A stretch of 64,000 bases of DNA from a virus (IMGVR_UViG_3300021400_000128:64001-128000); one strand, 5' to 3'; numbered from the stretch's first letter, positions 1 through 9,824 are shown. Program-made: numbers and translations. Notes: a model not told the origin generated them from the sequence alone.

Positions 1-612
1 ACCGCCTTTTTGTAATGGTGTAGGTAATCTCGTAATATCGCCTTTTGTTCCCATGGATGTGATTATTGCTGATGCTTTTTCGTCATCTGTCATATTCATA
101 AATTTATTATATTGAGAATTATTATTGGAATTAGACCTTTGTTGTCTCAAAGTTTTCTTGTATTCAGAAAAACTTTGAGTCAGCATCTTACGAGCAGCAT
201 CAGATAATGTTCCGTCTTCACTATGTAAAGATCCATCAGTTAAATCAATATATGTTTTCTTTCCATATAAATCATCAGAAGCATTCAATGAAGATGCATT
301 AATATATAGCCTGTCTTTTCCGTGTTTTGTCCAACGCTTAAATCCGGCACGTTCTAATTGACTGATAAGATTAGTATCCTTGTTTGTTAACAAACCTGTA
401 ATTTCTTTGTTACGTTGATCTACCAATCTTTGTGCTCCGCGTCCCCTTGCGTTTTGCTGCGCAGTCGCTTGTGCCTTCAATTTCCGTTTATAGTTGGTTA
501 TTCTGATATATTTTCTTTTCATTGATGGCTTGCCATTATCACGTAATATTGGATTGCCGTTTTCGTCTTTTCTGATTACCATTACTGTTTTATAATCTCG
601 TCCTCCACCCAT
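1..612 (-). CDS. MGG-leader protein (MGGGRDYK...), runs off the window edge
   Basis: Translated by hand. ATG at 612 follows SD GAGGTGA just after the portal stop, and the frame is open to position 1. Contains GFKRWTKHGKDRLYIN. Confidence 0.8.
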   Translation of the reverse strand, partial: MGGGRDYKTVMVIRKDENGNPILRDNGKPSMKRKYIRITNYKRKLKAQATAQQNARGRGAQRLVDQRNKEITGLLTNKDTNLISQLERAGFKRWTKHGKDRLYINASSLNASDDLYGKKTYIDLTDGSLHSEDGTLSDAARKMLTQSFSEYKKTLRQQRSNSNNNSQYNKFMNMTDDEKASAIITSMGTKGDITRLPTPLQKGG

Positions 613-624
613 ATTTCACCTCAC

Positions 625-2331
625 TTAAAATGGAACATTATTAATATCAATCTCTGAATTTTCGTCCGGTTCTAATTCGTCAGGTGTTTCATCTTCCTGT
701 TGATTACTTTCCCGATCAAATCCGAACTGAGCATTTTTCATTTGCTCATTCTGTGACATCTGCTTTTCAAACGCTTCGTCTGACATAGCATCATTCTGTT
801 CTTTGATCTCAGCGATCCGCTCTTTGGATTCCTCTACCGTCTCATACGGGAACAGATATTGCCGTATCTCTTCCTGACCGACCACCCCGGCTTCAAGTCC
901 TTTCATTAGTTCATCCAGTGTCGGAGTTACGTGCTTCTTTGCTTCTTTTTCGGATTCGCCGTAAAAGTGCATACGGAATTCTGTCTTTGAACGGATACCC
1001 ATTTGTAAATCAGACAGCCACTGTGCGCGCTCTGTATCAGCATCGATGATATAACTGTCATCAGCAATGATGGTAATTTGAGCATCCGGATTCACTTTTT
1101 CATGAAGAATATTTTTGCCGATCCATAGGATTGCCCTGGTTACTTCCTTCAATGCTTTTTCAATGCAAATCATTTCTTTATTTGCATTCTGGATCATTTC
1201 TTGACGTTCACCGATCCACTGTGTAGCCGTTGTACTTGTTATCTGACTTCCTTCCAGAACGTATCGCTTTGCTCCAAGTCCTATACGCATTGAAAACATA
1301 TCAAGCATCTTTTGTACACCGGCTGCATTTTCTGTAACACGAAGCGACGGGTTATATTCCTGATACATTCCGCCATCAAGTATCTTGTCTCCTGCATTAA
1401 TAAACAACTGCTCCCCGGCTTCCTGTGGAGCTTTGATCTTGCCATCTTCATCTGTATTAAACATTGAAGATGACATCAGTACCATTTTTCTGCCGAGTTT
1501 AAAATCTGTGATGAAGTTATCGAATGCGCAGTCAAGACCCTTTAGCACATCTTCTGCACCTGAAATGATAGACACCCCGAAAGGTGAATCGTAATCAAAA
1601 ATGTTGACACCGGATTTTCGGATCAATGAGAACCAGGGAAAGGGGCTTCCGGTATGAACTAACTGTCCGTAGCCTTCCTGTTCGATATTGACACCGTACT
1701 TATCCAGATAAAAAGATTCAATATCATACGTTCCTTTGTCATTCAGCAAATGGATTGATACAAGAGAAACTTCCTCACCGTTCATGATTCTGTCTGAAAC
1801 AAAAGCTGCTTCTCGCATAATGGAATTGTCATAGCTGATAGGAATAATTTGTTCGGCGGATAAGTAATTTATCCCGATACTGGCTCCGTCCACAAGGTTT
1901 TCACTCTTCTCAGTGATTTTCATTTTTCGGACATAAACCTCAAACGCCCCTGTTCCGCTCCATCTGGATGTAGTAACAAGCTCGTTTGCATTACGCCAGA
2001 AGTCATTTTCACCGAACACGCCGCTGATTTCATCTTTACCCATGACAAATTCATTTGAAGCTTCATCATCGATAACGATACGGGTTTTTTCATTCAGGAG
2101 GATGGATGCCCAATCTTCGGCACCTTTCAGGAGCATATTGGTTCTGTGTCGTTTTACTTTTTGATAACTATCATTATCATTCAGATCCATTTTCTTTTCA
2201 TATTCATGGAATCCTCTAACATTACCTTCCAACCAGTTCCGCCATTCCGCAACTTTATCGTACATCACGGATTTTTTAACATCCTTGTTGTACTTTCTGT
2301 TAATATAGTCAATTACGTTCTGATAGTTCAT
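625..2331 (-). CDS. Phage portal protein (SPP1 gp6/A118-like)
   Basis: 568 aa with WASILLNEK, SPFGVSI, F.LG.K, YNPSLR and TAT motifs and an acidic tail; lies near terL. Confidence 0.8.
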   Translation of the reverse strand: MNYQNVIDYINRKYNKDVKKSVMYDKVAEWRNWLEGNVRGFHEYEKKMDLNDNDSYQKVKRHRTNMLLKGAEDWASILLNEKTRIVIDDEASNEFVMGKDEISGVFGENDFWRNANELVTTSRWSGTGAFEVYVRKMKITEKSENLVDGASIGINYLSAEQIIPISYDNSIMREAAFVSDRIMNGEEVSLVSIHLLNDKGTYDIESFYLDKYGVNIEQEGYGQLVHTGSPFPWFSLIRKSGVNIFDYDSPFGVSIISGAEDVLKGLDCAFDNFITDFKLGRKMVLMSSSMFNTDEDGKIKAPQEAGEQLFINAGDKILDGGMYQEYNPSLRVTENAAGVQKMLDMFSMRIGLGAKRYVLEGSQITSTTATQWIGERQEMIQNANKEMICIEKALKEVTRAILWIGKNILHEKVNPDAQITIIADDSYIIDADTERAQWLSDLQMGIRSKTEFRMHFYGESEKEAKKHVTPTLDELMKGLEAGVVGQEEIRQYLFPYETVEESKERIAEIKEQNDAMSDEAFEKQMSQNEQMKNAQFGFDRESNQQEDETPDELEPDENSEIDINNVPF

Positions 2332-2344
2332 TTATCCTCTTTGG

Positions 2345-3055
2345 TCAGGGTTGAATATCTCCCGCTGAAATCCATTTTGTACTCCCATCTTTCCATTGCA
2401 TGAGAAAATTATAGGAAACAACTTTCATCATATTTCCGTCAAGATCAGGTATTTCATATACGTTTCCATTGACTTTTAATACTGTTCCTTCCTCTCCTTT
2501 CGGATAGTAGACAGGATTCATTGTGTCATACCAACCGGCTTTAACATCATTCTTTAGCTTCACTTGTTTGCCTGCAAACTTCTTTTGTAATTCTTTCAAT
2601 TTTTCATTTACGGTAATCATTTTTGATGCTTTTAGAAATGAGGCGTTTCGGATTTTCGTTACCTTTTCAGGTGAATTTTTTGCTATTTCGAGAAGTATTT
2701 TTCGAATTCTCGATAATTGTTGCTGATTTTCACCCGTTCCAAAGTCTCCGTTTTTTAATTTTTTATCTAACCCGATAACGGCATTTTTATCTCTTTTATC
2801 AATAGCACGTAAATATTGCAGAACAGCTCTTTGCATTAAAGGTCTCTCATTTACGATCACAGCATCTTTATCATTACTGCCATGAATATTATCGAAATAT
2901 GTCATAACAGAATCAGGATTTATAGGTTGATTAATAATTTCAGAAATCAGTCTGTTGGCTTCTTTTTCATTGTCTTTATACGATCCGACACGTACATATT
3001 TACCATTCACTCGCTTATAAAGTGCCGCACCTGCATTATCACGTCCGCCGCCCAT
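2345..3055 (-). CDS. MGG-leader protein (MGGGRDNAG...), unknown C-terminal domain
   Basis: Start placed at the MGGGRD Met after SD GGGGTGGTGA. Leader shared with 1-612 and 32473-33231. Confidence 0.75.
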   Translation of the reverse strand: MGGGRDNAGAALYKRVNGKYVRVGSYKDNEKEANRLISEIINQPINPDSVMTYFDNIHGSNDKDAVIVNERPLMQRAVLQYLRAIDKRDKNAVIGLDKKLKNGDFGTGENQQQLSRIRKILLEIAKNSPEKVTKIRNASFLKASKMITVNEKLKELQKKFAGKQVKLKNDVKAGWYDTMNPVYYPKGEEGTVLKVNGNVYEIPDLDGNMMKVVSYNFLMQWKDGSTKWISAGDIQP

Positions 3056-3056
3056 G

Positions 3057-3533
3057 TCACCACCCCACATCTAATCCTGGAAATCTGCTCATTTCTGAAT
3101 CAAATCTTGTTGACTGCGTTATCGTGTTTCCGTTTTTGTCTTTAAATGAAAAAGTCAAATCCATAGCTCCATTGTTGATGGTGGAGCTTTGAATCGTTAT
3201 TCCATATTCTGAAAGAAGCTTTCTTAACATTTGCGGGTGTTCAAACAGTTGAGATAATGCTATTCTCATATCGTTGTATTTCGGTTGTATTTGTGAATTA
3301 TTCTGCTGATCGATTCCCGTGTATTCGTTTCGGGCAGTCTTGTTTATTGTTACAACCATGTTTTTGTCTCTTGCTTGTGTAGCCGCTGCGATTCCTGCAA
3401 TATACTCATACGCAGTTCCTTCGTAAACTCCACCACGACCTTGGAATGAGTGCTCCGCGAGAAATTCATCGATTGCGTTCCTTGCGGTCTGTTGTGTCTT
3501 TTTACCGTCTCTATATTCTGCACTTCCGCCCAT
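3057..3533 (-). CDS. MGG-leader protein (MGGSAEYR...)
   Basis: ORF track; SD AAGGCGGTGA; directly downstream of CTAAGAA element 1. Confidence 0.8.
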   Translation of the reverse strand: MGGSAEYRDGKKTQQTARNAIDEFLAEHSFQGRGGVYEGTAYEYIAGIAAATQARDKNMVVTINKTARNEYTGIDQQNNSQIQPKYNDMRIALSQLFEHPQMLRKLLSEYGITIQSSTINNGAMDLTFSFKDKNGNTITQSTRFDSEMSRFPGLDVGW

Positions 3534-3546
3534 ATGTCACCGCCTT

Positions 3547-3606
3547 AAATAAAAAAAGGCACCTGTATGTACAAAGTGCCTTCTTAGGGTCTGTTTTTAT
3601 TATAAT
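3547..3606 (-). promoter_or_regulatory. CTAAGAA-box leader element 1 (terminator type)
   Basis: TATAAT, then CAGACCCTAAGAAGGCAC, loop, GTGCC and a T-tract. Confidence 0.8.
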
Positions 3607-3648
3607 TGATTTTGTTGTTATATGACTATTTATATTTACCGGAGCATT

Positions 3649-4320
3649 TTATGATTTTTTCGTCCATTGGCCGAGAATATATCGTTGATAGTCAGCTCCG
3701 ATATACATTGATTTGTATGATTCTTTTATGGTGTCTGGAATGTATTGATTGTCATCTATTGAAAAGTTGAGATATAGTGCATTCTTTTCAGAAGATTTTG
3801 TGATCCATTCTCTGAAAAACCAATTCGATTTATCAAGTGGGGTTGTGTTGAACCAGTATCGAGAATTCTTTATTGAGCTGCACCCAATAATATTTTCAAC
3901 AAATGATTTTGGTGTCAAGGGTGCTTGATCGAAAAAGGCCCCTGCAAAATTGAAATATTGTGCTTTTTTCACTGAATCATCATCGTGTGAATTGAACAGG
4001 TAGAATTGATTTGCAGTTTTATGTTTCTTGATTAGAACGTATCTCTGTTCTCTGTTGAAATCCATATTGTATTGAGTTTTTAATTCAGCATTCGATATGA
4101 TTTGTGACACAATATTTTTACTGCACGTTTGATAACTTAATCCACATAATGCAAAATCGTTATTATCAAAATTTTTCATTGCCCATTTGATAAATGTTTC
4201 GAGGATGATGGTGCTTTTTCCCGAATGAACCGCTCCGTCACATATCAGGGTTTTGAATTTTGTGTTCGGAAAATCAAGGATCTTTTTCTGTTTTTCACTT
4301 AGCTGCATTGTTTTCTCCAT
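3649..4320 (-). CDS. Stand-alone terminase large subunit ATPase-domain paralogue
   Basis: Colinear with the N-half of 6209-7489 (LSEKQ, ICDGAVHSGKS, YWFN, NALYL, YQRYILG.W). Walker B is FDQ instead of FDE, and there is no nuclease domain. Confidence 0.8.
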   Translation of the reverse strand: MEKTMQLSEKQKKILDFPNTKFKTLICDGAVHSGKSTIILETFIKWAMKNFDNNDFALCGLSYQTCSKNIVSQIISNAELKTQYNMDFNREQRYVLIKKHKTANQFYLFNSHDDDSVKKAQYFNFAGAFFDQAPLTPKSFVENIIGCSSIKNSRYWFNTTPLDKSNWFFREWITKSSEKNALYLNFSIDDNQYIPDTIKESYKSMYIGADYQRYILGQWTKKS

Positions 4321-4345
4321 TATTGTATTTCGCGCCAGGAGTGAA

Positions 4346-5584
4346 CTACTCGGCCATAAATGACCGAGCTTCTTGCTTCATCGCTGCGTCTTGCTGTTGA
4401 AAACGTATTTTCGAACAGTAGAGGGCGCGGGCTCCACAAGCGTTATTGGTTTGGCCAGTTCCTGACCTACCATTATTCAAAAGGAATTGTCTAATTCCTT
4501 CGTTTCTAATATTGACAGCAGCATTGATATCACGGTCATGATGTGTTCGGCAGTTATTACAAACCCATTGACGGATACGTAGATCTTTCACTTCTGGATG
4601 TAATGAGCCGCAAACTGAACAGGTTTGTGAGGATGGGTACCATTTATTGATCCGTATAAGGACTTTTCCCCTGTCTTGTAACTTATAATCTAAAAAGTTC
4701 AGAAACATTCCATAACCATTATCAAGTGTCACTTTTCCGTTACCAAAGCCTTTATTAGACATTGCTTTCATATTCAGATCTTCAACACAGACCATGTCAT
4801 ACTGATTGGCTATCTCAGCAGATTTCTTGTGAAGAAAATCGCTTCTTTGGTTTGCTATATGTCTATGTACTTTTGCAATTTTTAATTTTGTTTTTTTATA
4901 ATTATTGCTTCCTTTCGTTTTATGCCGTAATTTCCTTTGTGCGTGAGTTAGCCGCTTTTGCCCTTTTCGGAAGTATTTCGGTGATCCACAAGTATTTCCA
5001 TTGGAATCAGTATATAAACCATCCGATTTATAATCGAGACCAATTGCATTCAATTCTGGCTCGGTAACAGACCTTTTATCAGAATCATACTCAAACAAAA
5101 CTGAACAGAAATATTTTCCATCATTTGTCATAGAGACGGTTGCAGATTTTAGTTTCCATCCGTCATCAGGATATCTATGAAGAATAGCTTTTACCTTTCC
5201 GATTTTTGGTAATCGTATCTTTTTATTTTCAAAATCAAGGGATACTGTTCCATTTTGATTATTAGTTGTATATGAATCCCGAGATTTCTTTTTTGATTTG
5301 AATTTTGGGCGTCCGGTTCCTTTTGCAGTGAAAAATCGTTTGTACGCATCCTGTAAATTAAGCTGAACATTTGCCAATGCTAATGAATCCACTTCACGAA
5401 GATATGGGTATTCATCTTTATACATAGCAGGGGTTGGTTTTACAATGGATTTATCCTTTTTATAAGCATTTTCCCGTGTTGCAAGCATCAAATTCCAGAT
5501 TTTCCGACAACATCCAAAGGTCTTTGCAAATAAGACTTTCTGTTCATCGTTTGGATATATTTGATATTTGATAGCTCTGTTCAT
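4346..5584 (-). CDS. tnpB: TnpB RNA-guided endonuclease
   Basis: OrfB HTH, RuvC D (IGLDY), E (VEDL), D (DRDINAA) and CxxC..CxxC zinc finger. Confidence 0.95.
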   Translation of the reverse strand: MNRAIKYQIYPNDEQKVLFAKTFGCCRKIWNLMLATRENAYKKDKSIVKPTPAMYKDEYPYLREVDSLALANVQLNLQDAYKRFFTAKGTGRPKFKSKKKSRDSYTTNNQNGTVSLDFENKKIRLPKIGKVKAILHRYPDDGWKLKSATVSMTNDGKYFCSVLFEYDSDKRSVTEPELNAIGLDYKSDGLYTDSNGNTCGSPKYFRKGQKRLTHAQRKLRHKTKGSNNYKKTKLKIAKVHRHIANQRSDFLHKKSAEIANQYDMVCVEDLNMKAMSNKGFGNGKVTLDNGYGMFLNFLDYKLQDRGKVLIRINKWYPSSQTCSVCGSLHPEVKDLRIRQWVCNNCRTHHDRDINAAVNIRNEGIRQFLLNNGRSGTGQTNNACGARALYCSKIRFQQQDAAMKQEARSFMAE

Positions 5585-5994
5585 ATTTGTACGTTGTTCT
5601 GTCTTTCGATATATTTGAGTATATTTTCTTCACTGGTAGAGCCAATTGTCTCCACAAAATAGCTACCATTCCAAAGGTGTCCTTTCCAGAGTTTGTTCTT
5701 TATTTCGGGAAATTCAAGCAATAGATGACGACCAGATATCCCTTTTAACCATCGGACAATATCTGTCACGGATAATTTGGGAGGCGAAGATACAAAACAG
5801 TGGACATGATCCATCTCCCCAACTTTCGCTTCAATGACACTAAATCCTTTTTCGTTTCCTATTTCTGCAAGTAGATCATATAATCTTTCGGAAATATTTT
5901 CATTCAATACTTTTCGACGATATTTTGTACACCAAATAATATGATAGTTGATGTTATAAACACATGTTCGTCCGTGAGTGTATTTGTTTGACAT
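5581..5994 (-). CDS. tnpA: IS200-family Y1 (HUH) transposase
   Basis: YHIIWCTKYRR, DHVH, LKG.S, LW..SYF and YIE.Q motifs. Confidence 0.97.
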   Translation of the reverse strand: MSNKYTHGRTCVYNINYHIIWCTKYRRKVLNENISERLYDLLAEIGNEKGFSVIEAKVGEMDHVHCFVSSPPKLSVTDIVRWLKGISGRHLLLEFPEIKNKLWKGHLWNGSYFVETIGSTSEENILKYIERQNNVQI

Positions 5995-6164
5995 ACATAT
6001 AGTATATCATACTATATGAGATAATTCAAATATAAGCAGGCTCAAAAATAGACTACACATAGTCAACGCTTTCATCTCCCACATGAATGAGGGAGAATTC
6101 CCGCGTCACCCTCAATTAAAAATTTTAGACTTTTCTATATTAAGCGAACATCTTTACATCTTGT

Positions 6165-6198
6165 AAGAAAAAAGCCCTCAGTTTAACGCTGTGAGCTT
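6165..6198 (-). terminator. Intrinsic terminator after terL
   Basis: AAGCTCACAG-loop-CTGAGGGCTT plus T-tract; near-identical copy at 46317-46349. Confidence 0.7.
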
Positions 6199-6208
6199 AA
6201 TTTCGATA

Positions 6209-7489
6209 TCATGCCGTTCCTCTTACGCCCATATTGTCAATAAACTTTTCCCACGCGTATTCTTCTGCATCGGCAACATCATTGACCTTTGGTTCGTTAT
6301 CTAAACGAACATCTTTATTTGGCTTGCTTTCATCCCAAACCTGATTCTGCGTGGAGAATATCACCATCTCACACCATTTCATGACGTGCCATTTCCCCTG
6401 GTTCAGCATCCTTTGTTTAGCGTATATCCGTGTATTAATTGATTCTTTTCTTGCAATCGTTACACCAATCGGCACGCCTGCTCGTTTGATTGCTGCATAA
6501 ATCCCGTGTGTCAGTGTTTCAGGTTGATCTGTCCAACAATATGTAGGTTTTATTTCTCTGTCCTTATAAATCCATTGGTATTTCTTGATACACTTCTTTG
6601 CAAAGTCAACGAAATCGGTTTCAATTCCATCCGGAGCAACACCTGTGCTGTCTCGCATGAATTCTTCAAGAACAACCACGCCATTTCCTTTATCCATGAT
6701 CCCGCAGCAGATAAATACCGTATTAGAATGATTTACACCGAAATCAATACCAAAAGTCAGATATTTAATTCCTCTTGGGACTGCATCCAGTATCCAGTTT
6801 TTCGGATTGTTGGCAAACTGAGTAAAGATGACACCTTCAGCTCTCACCCACATTCCGAGAATGTACCGCTGATAGAAGACACCGCTGTACATAGACTTGT
6901 AACGTGCGATAATGTGTTCACTCAAACTTGGGTTATCTTCAAGAAGAAAGTGTAGGTATAAGGCGTTCTTTTCTTCTTTACCAAGTATCCATTCCTGATA
7001 AAACCAGTGATCAGGTTTGTCAGGGTTGCAGTTGAACCAATATTTAGAACCTTCCACGGAGCATCGAGCACAGCCTTGATCCACAAATGATTTTGGCATC
7101 AGGGCAACTTCATCAAACATGATCCCTGCCATCGTAATACCCTGGATCAACTGATAACTTGCTGCATCTCGTCCGCCGTACAAGTAGAAATTATTGACAA
7201 CATCACCTTTGCTGATCTGGAGAAGGTTTTCTGTCCGTCTGAAATGGATGTTGTATCGTTTCTGGGCATAGCGGAGATTAATATATGGCTGTACAATATT
7301 TCGGTTGCATGTAGAAAAGGTTTTCCCGCACAATCCGAAATTGCGTCCATTGAAATTTCGCATTGCCCAATCAACAAAAGCGACGGTCATGATACTTGTC
7401 TTTCCGGAGCGGATGGCTCCATCACAAATCAATGCATCGTAATTTGTGAATGGAAATGCCCGGATCATGTTTTGCTTTTCGCTTAACAA
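6209..7489 (-). CDS. terL: Terminase large subunit (PBSX-like)
   Basis: Walker A GAIRSGKT, Walker B IMFDE, CNP coupling motif, nuclease GIDFG and D..DA..Y. Start moved to a TTG after SD AAAGGAG because the upstream ORF extension overlaps element 2. Confidence 0.93.
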   Translation of the reverse strand: MLSEKQNMIRAFPFTNYDALICDGAIRSGKTSIMTVAFVDWAMRNFNGRNFGLCGKTFSTCNRNIVQPYINLRYAQKRYNIHFRRTENLLQISKGDVVNNFYLYGGRDAASYQLIQGITMAGIMFDEVALMPKSFVDQGCARCSVEGSKYWFNCNPDKPDHWFYQEWILGKEEKNALYLHFLLEDNPSLSEHIIARYKSMYSGVFYQRYILGMWVRAEGVIFTQFANNPKNWILDAVPRGIKYLTFGIDFGVNHSNTVFICCGIMDKGNGVVVLEEFMRDSTGVAPDGIETDFVDFAKKCIKKYQWIYKDREIKPTYCWTDQPETLTHGIYAAIKRAGVPIGVTIARKESINTRIYAKQRMLNQGKWHVMKWCEMVIFSTQNQVWDESKPNKDVRLDNEPKVNDVADAEEYAWEKFIDNMGVRGTA

Positions 7490-7510
7490 TATATACGCAA
7501 GCTCCTTTAA

Positions 7511-7567
7511 CAAAAAAAAAGAAGGCACACGATCAAATGTGCCTTCTTAGGGTCTGTTTTTATTATA
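7511..7567 (-). promoter_or_regulatory. CTAAGAA-box leader element 2 (terminator type), upstream of terL
   Basis: TATAAT..CAGACCCTAAGAAGGCACA-loop-TGTGCCTTC-T9. Confidence 0.85.
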
Positions 7568-7574
7568 TCTGATT

Positions 7575-7775
7575 TTAGATATCAGTTGTTAATTCCTCGA
7601 ACAATTGTAGGAATCTCTCGTAGTCTTTTTTGATTTCTTCCGGGGCATCTGGTTTGAGCTTTTTCGTCTTTGAATCCCAATAGGGTTCAAGTTTTTCACC
7701 GAGCTGCTCTATTTCTTTTTCCTTTGCCTGATTTTTTTTCTGATGTTCTTTATATTCTTTTTCAGACTTTATCAT
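7575..7775 (-). CDS. Small partner/immunity-like protein
   Basis: Directly follows the MGG peptidase. Shares PY(W/Y)D..T.KL..DAPE..K..YE with 11041-11259. Confidence 0.7.
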   Translation of the reverse strand: MIKSEKEYKEHQKKNQAKEKEIEQLGEKLEPYWDSKTKKLKPDAPEEIKKDYERFLQLFEELTTDI

Positions 7776-7788
7776 AATAATCTCCTCA

Positions 7789-8622
7789 CTATGCTTTTAT
7801 TCCATATTGGCTTTCTAAAGTTTCAAACATGGCTTCCACATAAGCCTTTGAGTTGTTACTTGCATTATCGCCATTTGAATATACATCCGCGAAAGCTTCC
7901 GCAAATCCTTCCATCACATTTGTTTTCGCATATCGGGATATTCCTGATAATAATGCGTCTTTTGATTTTACATGAGCTTTCTTCTTTGCAAGCTTCCAAA
8001 CATCATTCAGAAATTCGCCAGATAATCTTTTTTTATATAATTTACTTAATTCTAAAAAAGTCAAATTGCCTTCTTGCATCCAATTGAAATAATAATTATG
8101 TATAGCATGACCAAATTCATGAGCGATCGTTGCTTCAGGTGTTGAATTTGGTGTATTGTAAGACGATTCATACAAAACAGGATTATCCTTCATCTCCCAA
8201 AACACAGGATTCAATGTCAATTTTCCGCTTTGGCTCATAGCGGCAATTGCATCATTTCGGATATCAAATTCTTTAATAAATCCTTCCATAAAAGGATAAC
8301 GTGCTTCCAAGTCAGATATAACGCCCATAACACGCTTTGCCATTGACAATTCAGTTCTGTTTATAAAATCATCCGATACTGCTTTATTACCGTACCTTTC
8401 ACGCATGACAGAAGCAAATTCTTCTTTTGTCTGCGTGTCGTTTATCCTATCTTTGAAAGTTTTTTCTGTCGGCGGCTGCTTTGCGGCTAACCGTTTTTGC
8501 CGTTCCGCTTCTCTGGCTTCCTGTCGCCTCCGCTCAAGTTCATCGATCTCGCTCTGCGGAGCTCCGTCTTGTATTGCCCTTGCTATCTTTTTCGCTAATC
8601 TGTAACTTGCCGATCCGCCCAT
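7789..8622 (-). CDS. MGG-leader protein with zincin-like metallopeptidase domain
   Basis: MGGSASYRLAKKIA leader; HEFGH, S.YA and EGFAEAF motifs. Confidence 0.8.
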   Translation of the reverse strand: MGGSASYRLAKKIARAIQDGAPQSEIDELERRRQEAREAERQKRLAAKQPPTEKTFKDRINDTQTKEEFASVMRERYGNKAVSDDFINRTELSMAKRVMGVISDLEARYPFMEGFIKEFDIRNDAIAAMSQSGKLTLNPVFWEMKDNPVLYESSYNTPNSTPEATIAHEFGHAIHNYYFNWMQEGNLTFLELSKLYKKRLSGEFLNDVWKLAKKKAHVKSKDALLSGISRYAKTNVMEGFAEAFADVYSNGDNASNNSKAYVEAMFETLESQYGIKA

Positions 8623-8687
8623 AAGGGTATCCTCCTCTCTGATTTAGATACCCTTTCTTAGAGCGCATATCTTTTCTAATATTTTAA
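8623..8687 (-). promoter_or_regulatory. CTAAGAA-box leader element 3 (SD-sequestering type)
   Basis: CTCTAAGAAAGGGTATC...GAGGAGGATACCCTT-ATG; the stem closes at the start codon. Confidence 0.75.
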
Positions 8688-8688
8688 T

Positions 8689-9201
8689 TTATTTTTGATT
8701 GAGATACATCATCATGTTCTGTTGGAGCTTCACATATCTGCTCCGTGCGCTTCCGCTTTGGCATGTCCGGTTCCGTGGAATTGTTCGGTTCGGTTCTTCT
8801 TTGTAATTATCGCGATACAGAGAAAACTGCTCAAAGGTCAGGTCAACCCATTGATCGTTGATCTTGTTGAAATAATGCGTTCCACCACCCTTCAGTGATA
8901 TTCTGTGAATCGATCCACCAAACATATCATTCACTAAGGCAGCGGTGATGGCGCATTGTCCGTAGGTCGGATCGCTTGCTTCCCAATCCTTCTGACAGTC
9001 AGGGTAAGCCGTATTTGCTCTCCAACATTTGCGAAGCACAGCATATAGTTCATTCAGATTTGTGATTCCTGGAAATTGTGGAATTTCCTTGCATTTCAGT
9101 TCGCCGAGTTGTTCACCCTTGTAATGACCTCTGCGATCTTTGGATGTTTCACGAATATACTGCATATCTTCTAATGCTTTTGTTACGTTTGGGTTATTCA
9201 T
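8689..9201 (-). CDS. YunG-like protein
   Basis: CW..T..W..P..GQCAITA...FGG...HYFN...DLT..QF. True start MNNPNV has SD AAAGGAG; the longer ORF reads through the mini-IS. Confidence 0.7.
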   Translation of the reverse strand: MNNPNVTKALEDMQYIRETSKDRRGHYKGEQLGELKCKEIPQFPGITNLNELYAVLRKCWRANTAYPDCQKDWEASDPTYGQCAITAALVNDMFGGSIHRISLKGGGTHYFNKINDQWVDLTFEQFSLYRDNYKEEPNRTIPRNRTCQSGSARSRYVKLQQNMMMYLNQK

Positions 9202-9214
9202 AATACTCTCCTTT

Positions 9215-9358
9215 TTGACACTCCCCATGCCTAAAGGCAGGGGATTCTCTCTCGATGACGGTAACCCGCCAAGCATAAAAGAGCTATCTCCGTGTGCCCC
9301 ACGGTTAGTTCGTCTTTGACCCCATAGCTAAAGCAAGGGGATTGCAGACGGTTTTTTG
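9215..9358 (-). mobile_element. 144-bp non-autonomous IS605 derivative: LE + omegaRNA scaffold + RE, no protein
   Basis: LE hairpin and RE identical to those of 61062-62851; interior matches that element's reRNA; 5' flank is TTGAA. Confidence 0.9.
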
Positions 9359-9365
9359 TTCAAGT

Positions 9366-9824
9366 TTAATTCCACGGGCTATCCAGTTTACCGCCGGGAG
9401 TCCACTGTTGTCTGATCGGGTTTCGTCTCATCCACGCATCAGCTCGTTTTTGTGCATCTGCGTGAATTTTCGCAAGAGCCTGCAATTTTTTCTGTCCTGC
9501 ATCATCAAATACGCAGGATGAAACATCATCCGGGAAAGTGGTGTGCCAGCTTACCGGGCCATCAGTCCAGATTTTAGCTCCGACAAAATTGCAATTGATA
9601 AGATCAGCACCAAAGAAGCTAACACCCATCAAATCGCATCCCGTAAAATTACAGTCGGTAATTTTTGCATTCACAAAATTACTGTTGCGAATATCAAATT
9701 GACTAAAATCAATACCATTGATATCACTGTCTTTGAAAGATGCCGGGAAATCATCCTGAGACAAACGTGTATCAGTCGTTATAGTTTCTCGCCAGAAATT
9801 TGCTTTGAAGTCTGCCATATTCAC
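9366..9824 (-). CDS. Pentapeptide-repeat protein
   Basis: Tandem xxFxx/ADL-type pentapeptides. Confidence 0.75.
   Translation of the reverse strand: MNMADFKANFWRETITTDTRLSQDDFPASFKDSDINGIDFSQFDIRNSNFVNAKITDCNFTGCDLMGVSFFGADLINCNFVGAKIWTDGPVSWHTTFPDDVSSCVFDDAGQKKLQALAKIHADAQKRADAWMRRNPIRQQWTPGGKLDSPWN

Larger units (their letters stand above)
4341..6115 (-). mobile_element. IS200/IS605-family element (tnpA + tnpB)
   Basis: LE hairpin TCTCCC..GGGAGA at about 6075-6096. RE hairpin CTCGG..CCGAG ends in TTCAC at 4341. Left junction uncertain by 1 nt (TTTAA or TTAAT). Confidence 0.85.

Noticed and set aside
3649-7489. terL split by the IS, or by an intron or intein
   Set aside because: 6209-7489 is complete with its own terminator, and 3649-4320 repeats the N-terminal domain rather than continuing it.
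9202-9276. N-terminal extension MLGGLPSSRENPLPLGMGSVK of the yunG-like ORF (likewise MSSVK at 61068)
   Set aside because: It is translated IS right-end sequence; a proper SD and ATG lie downstream.
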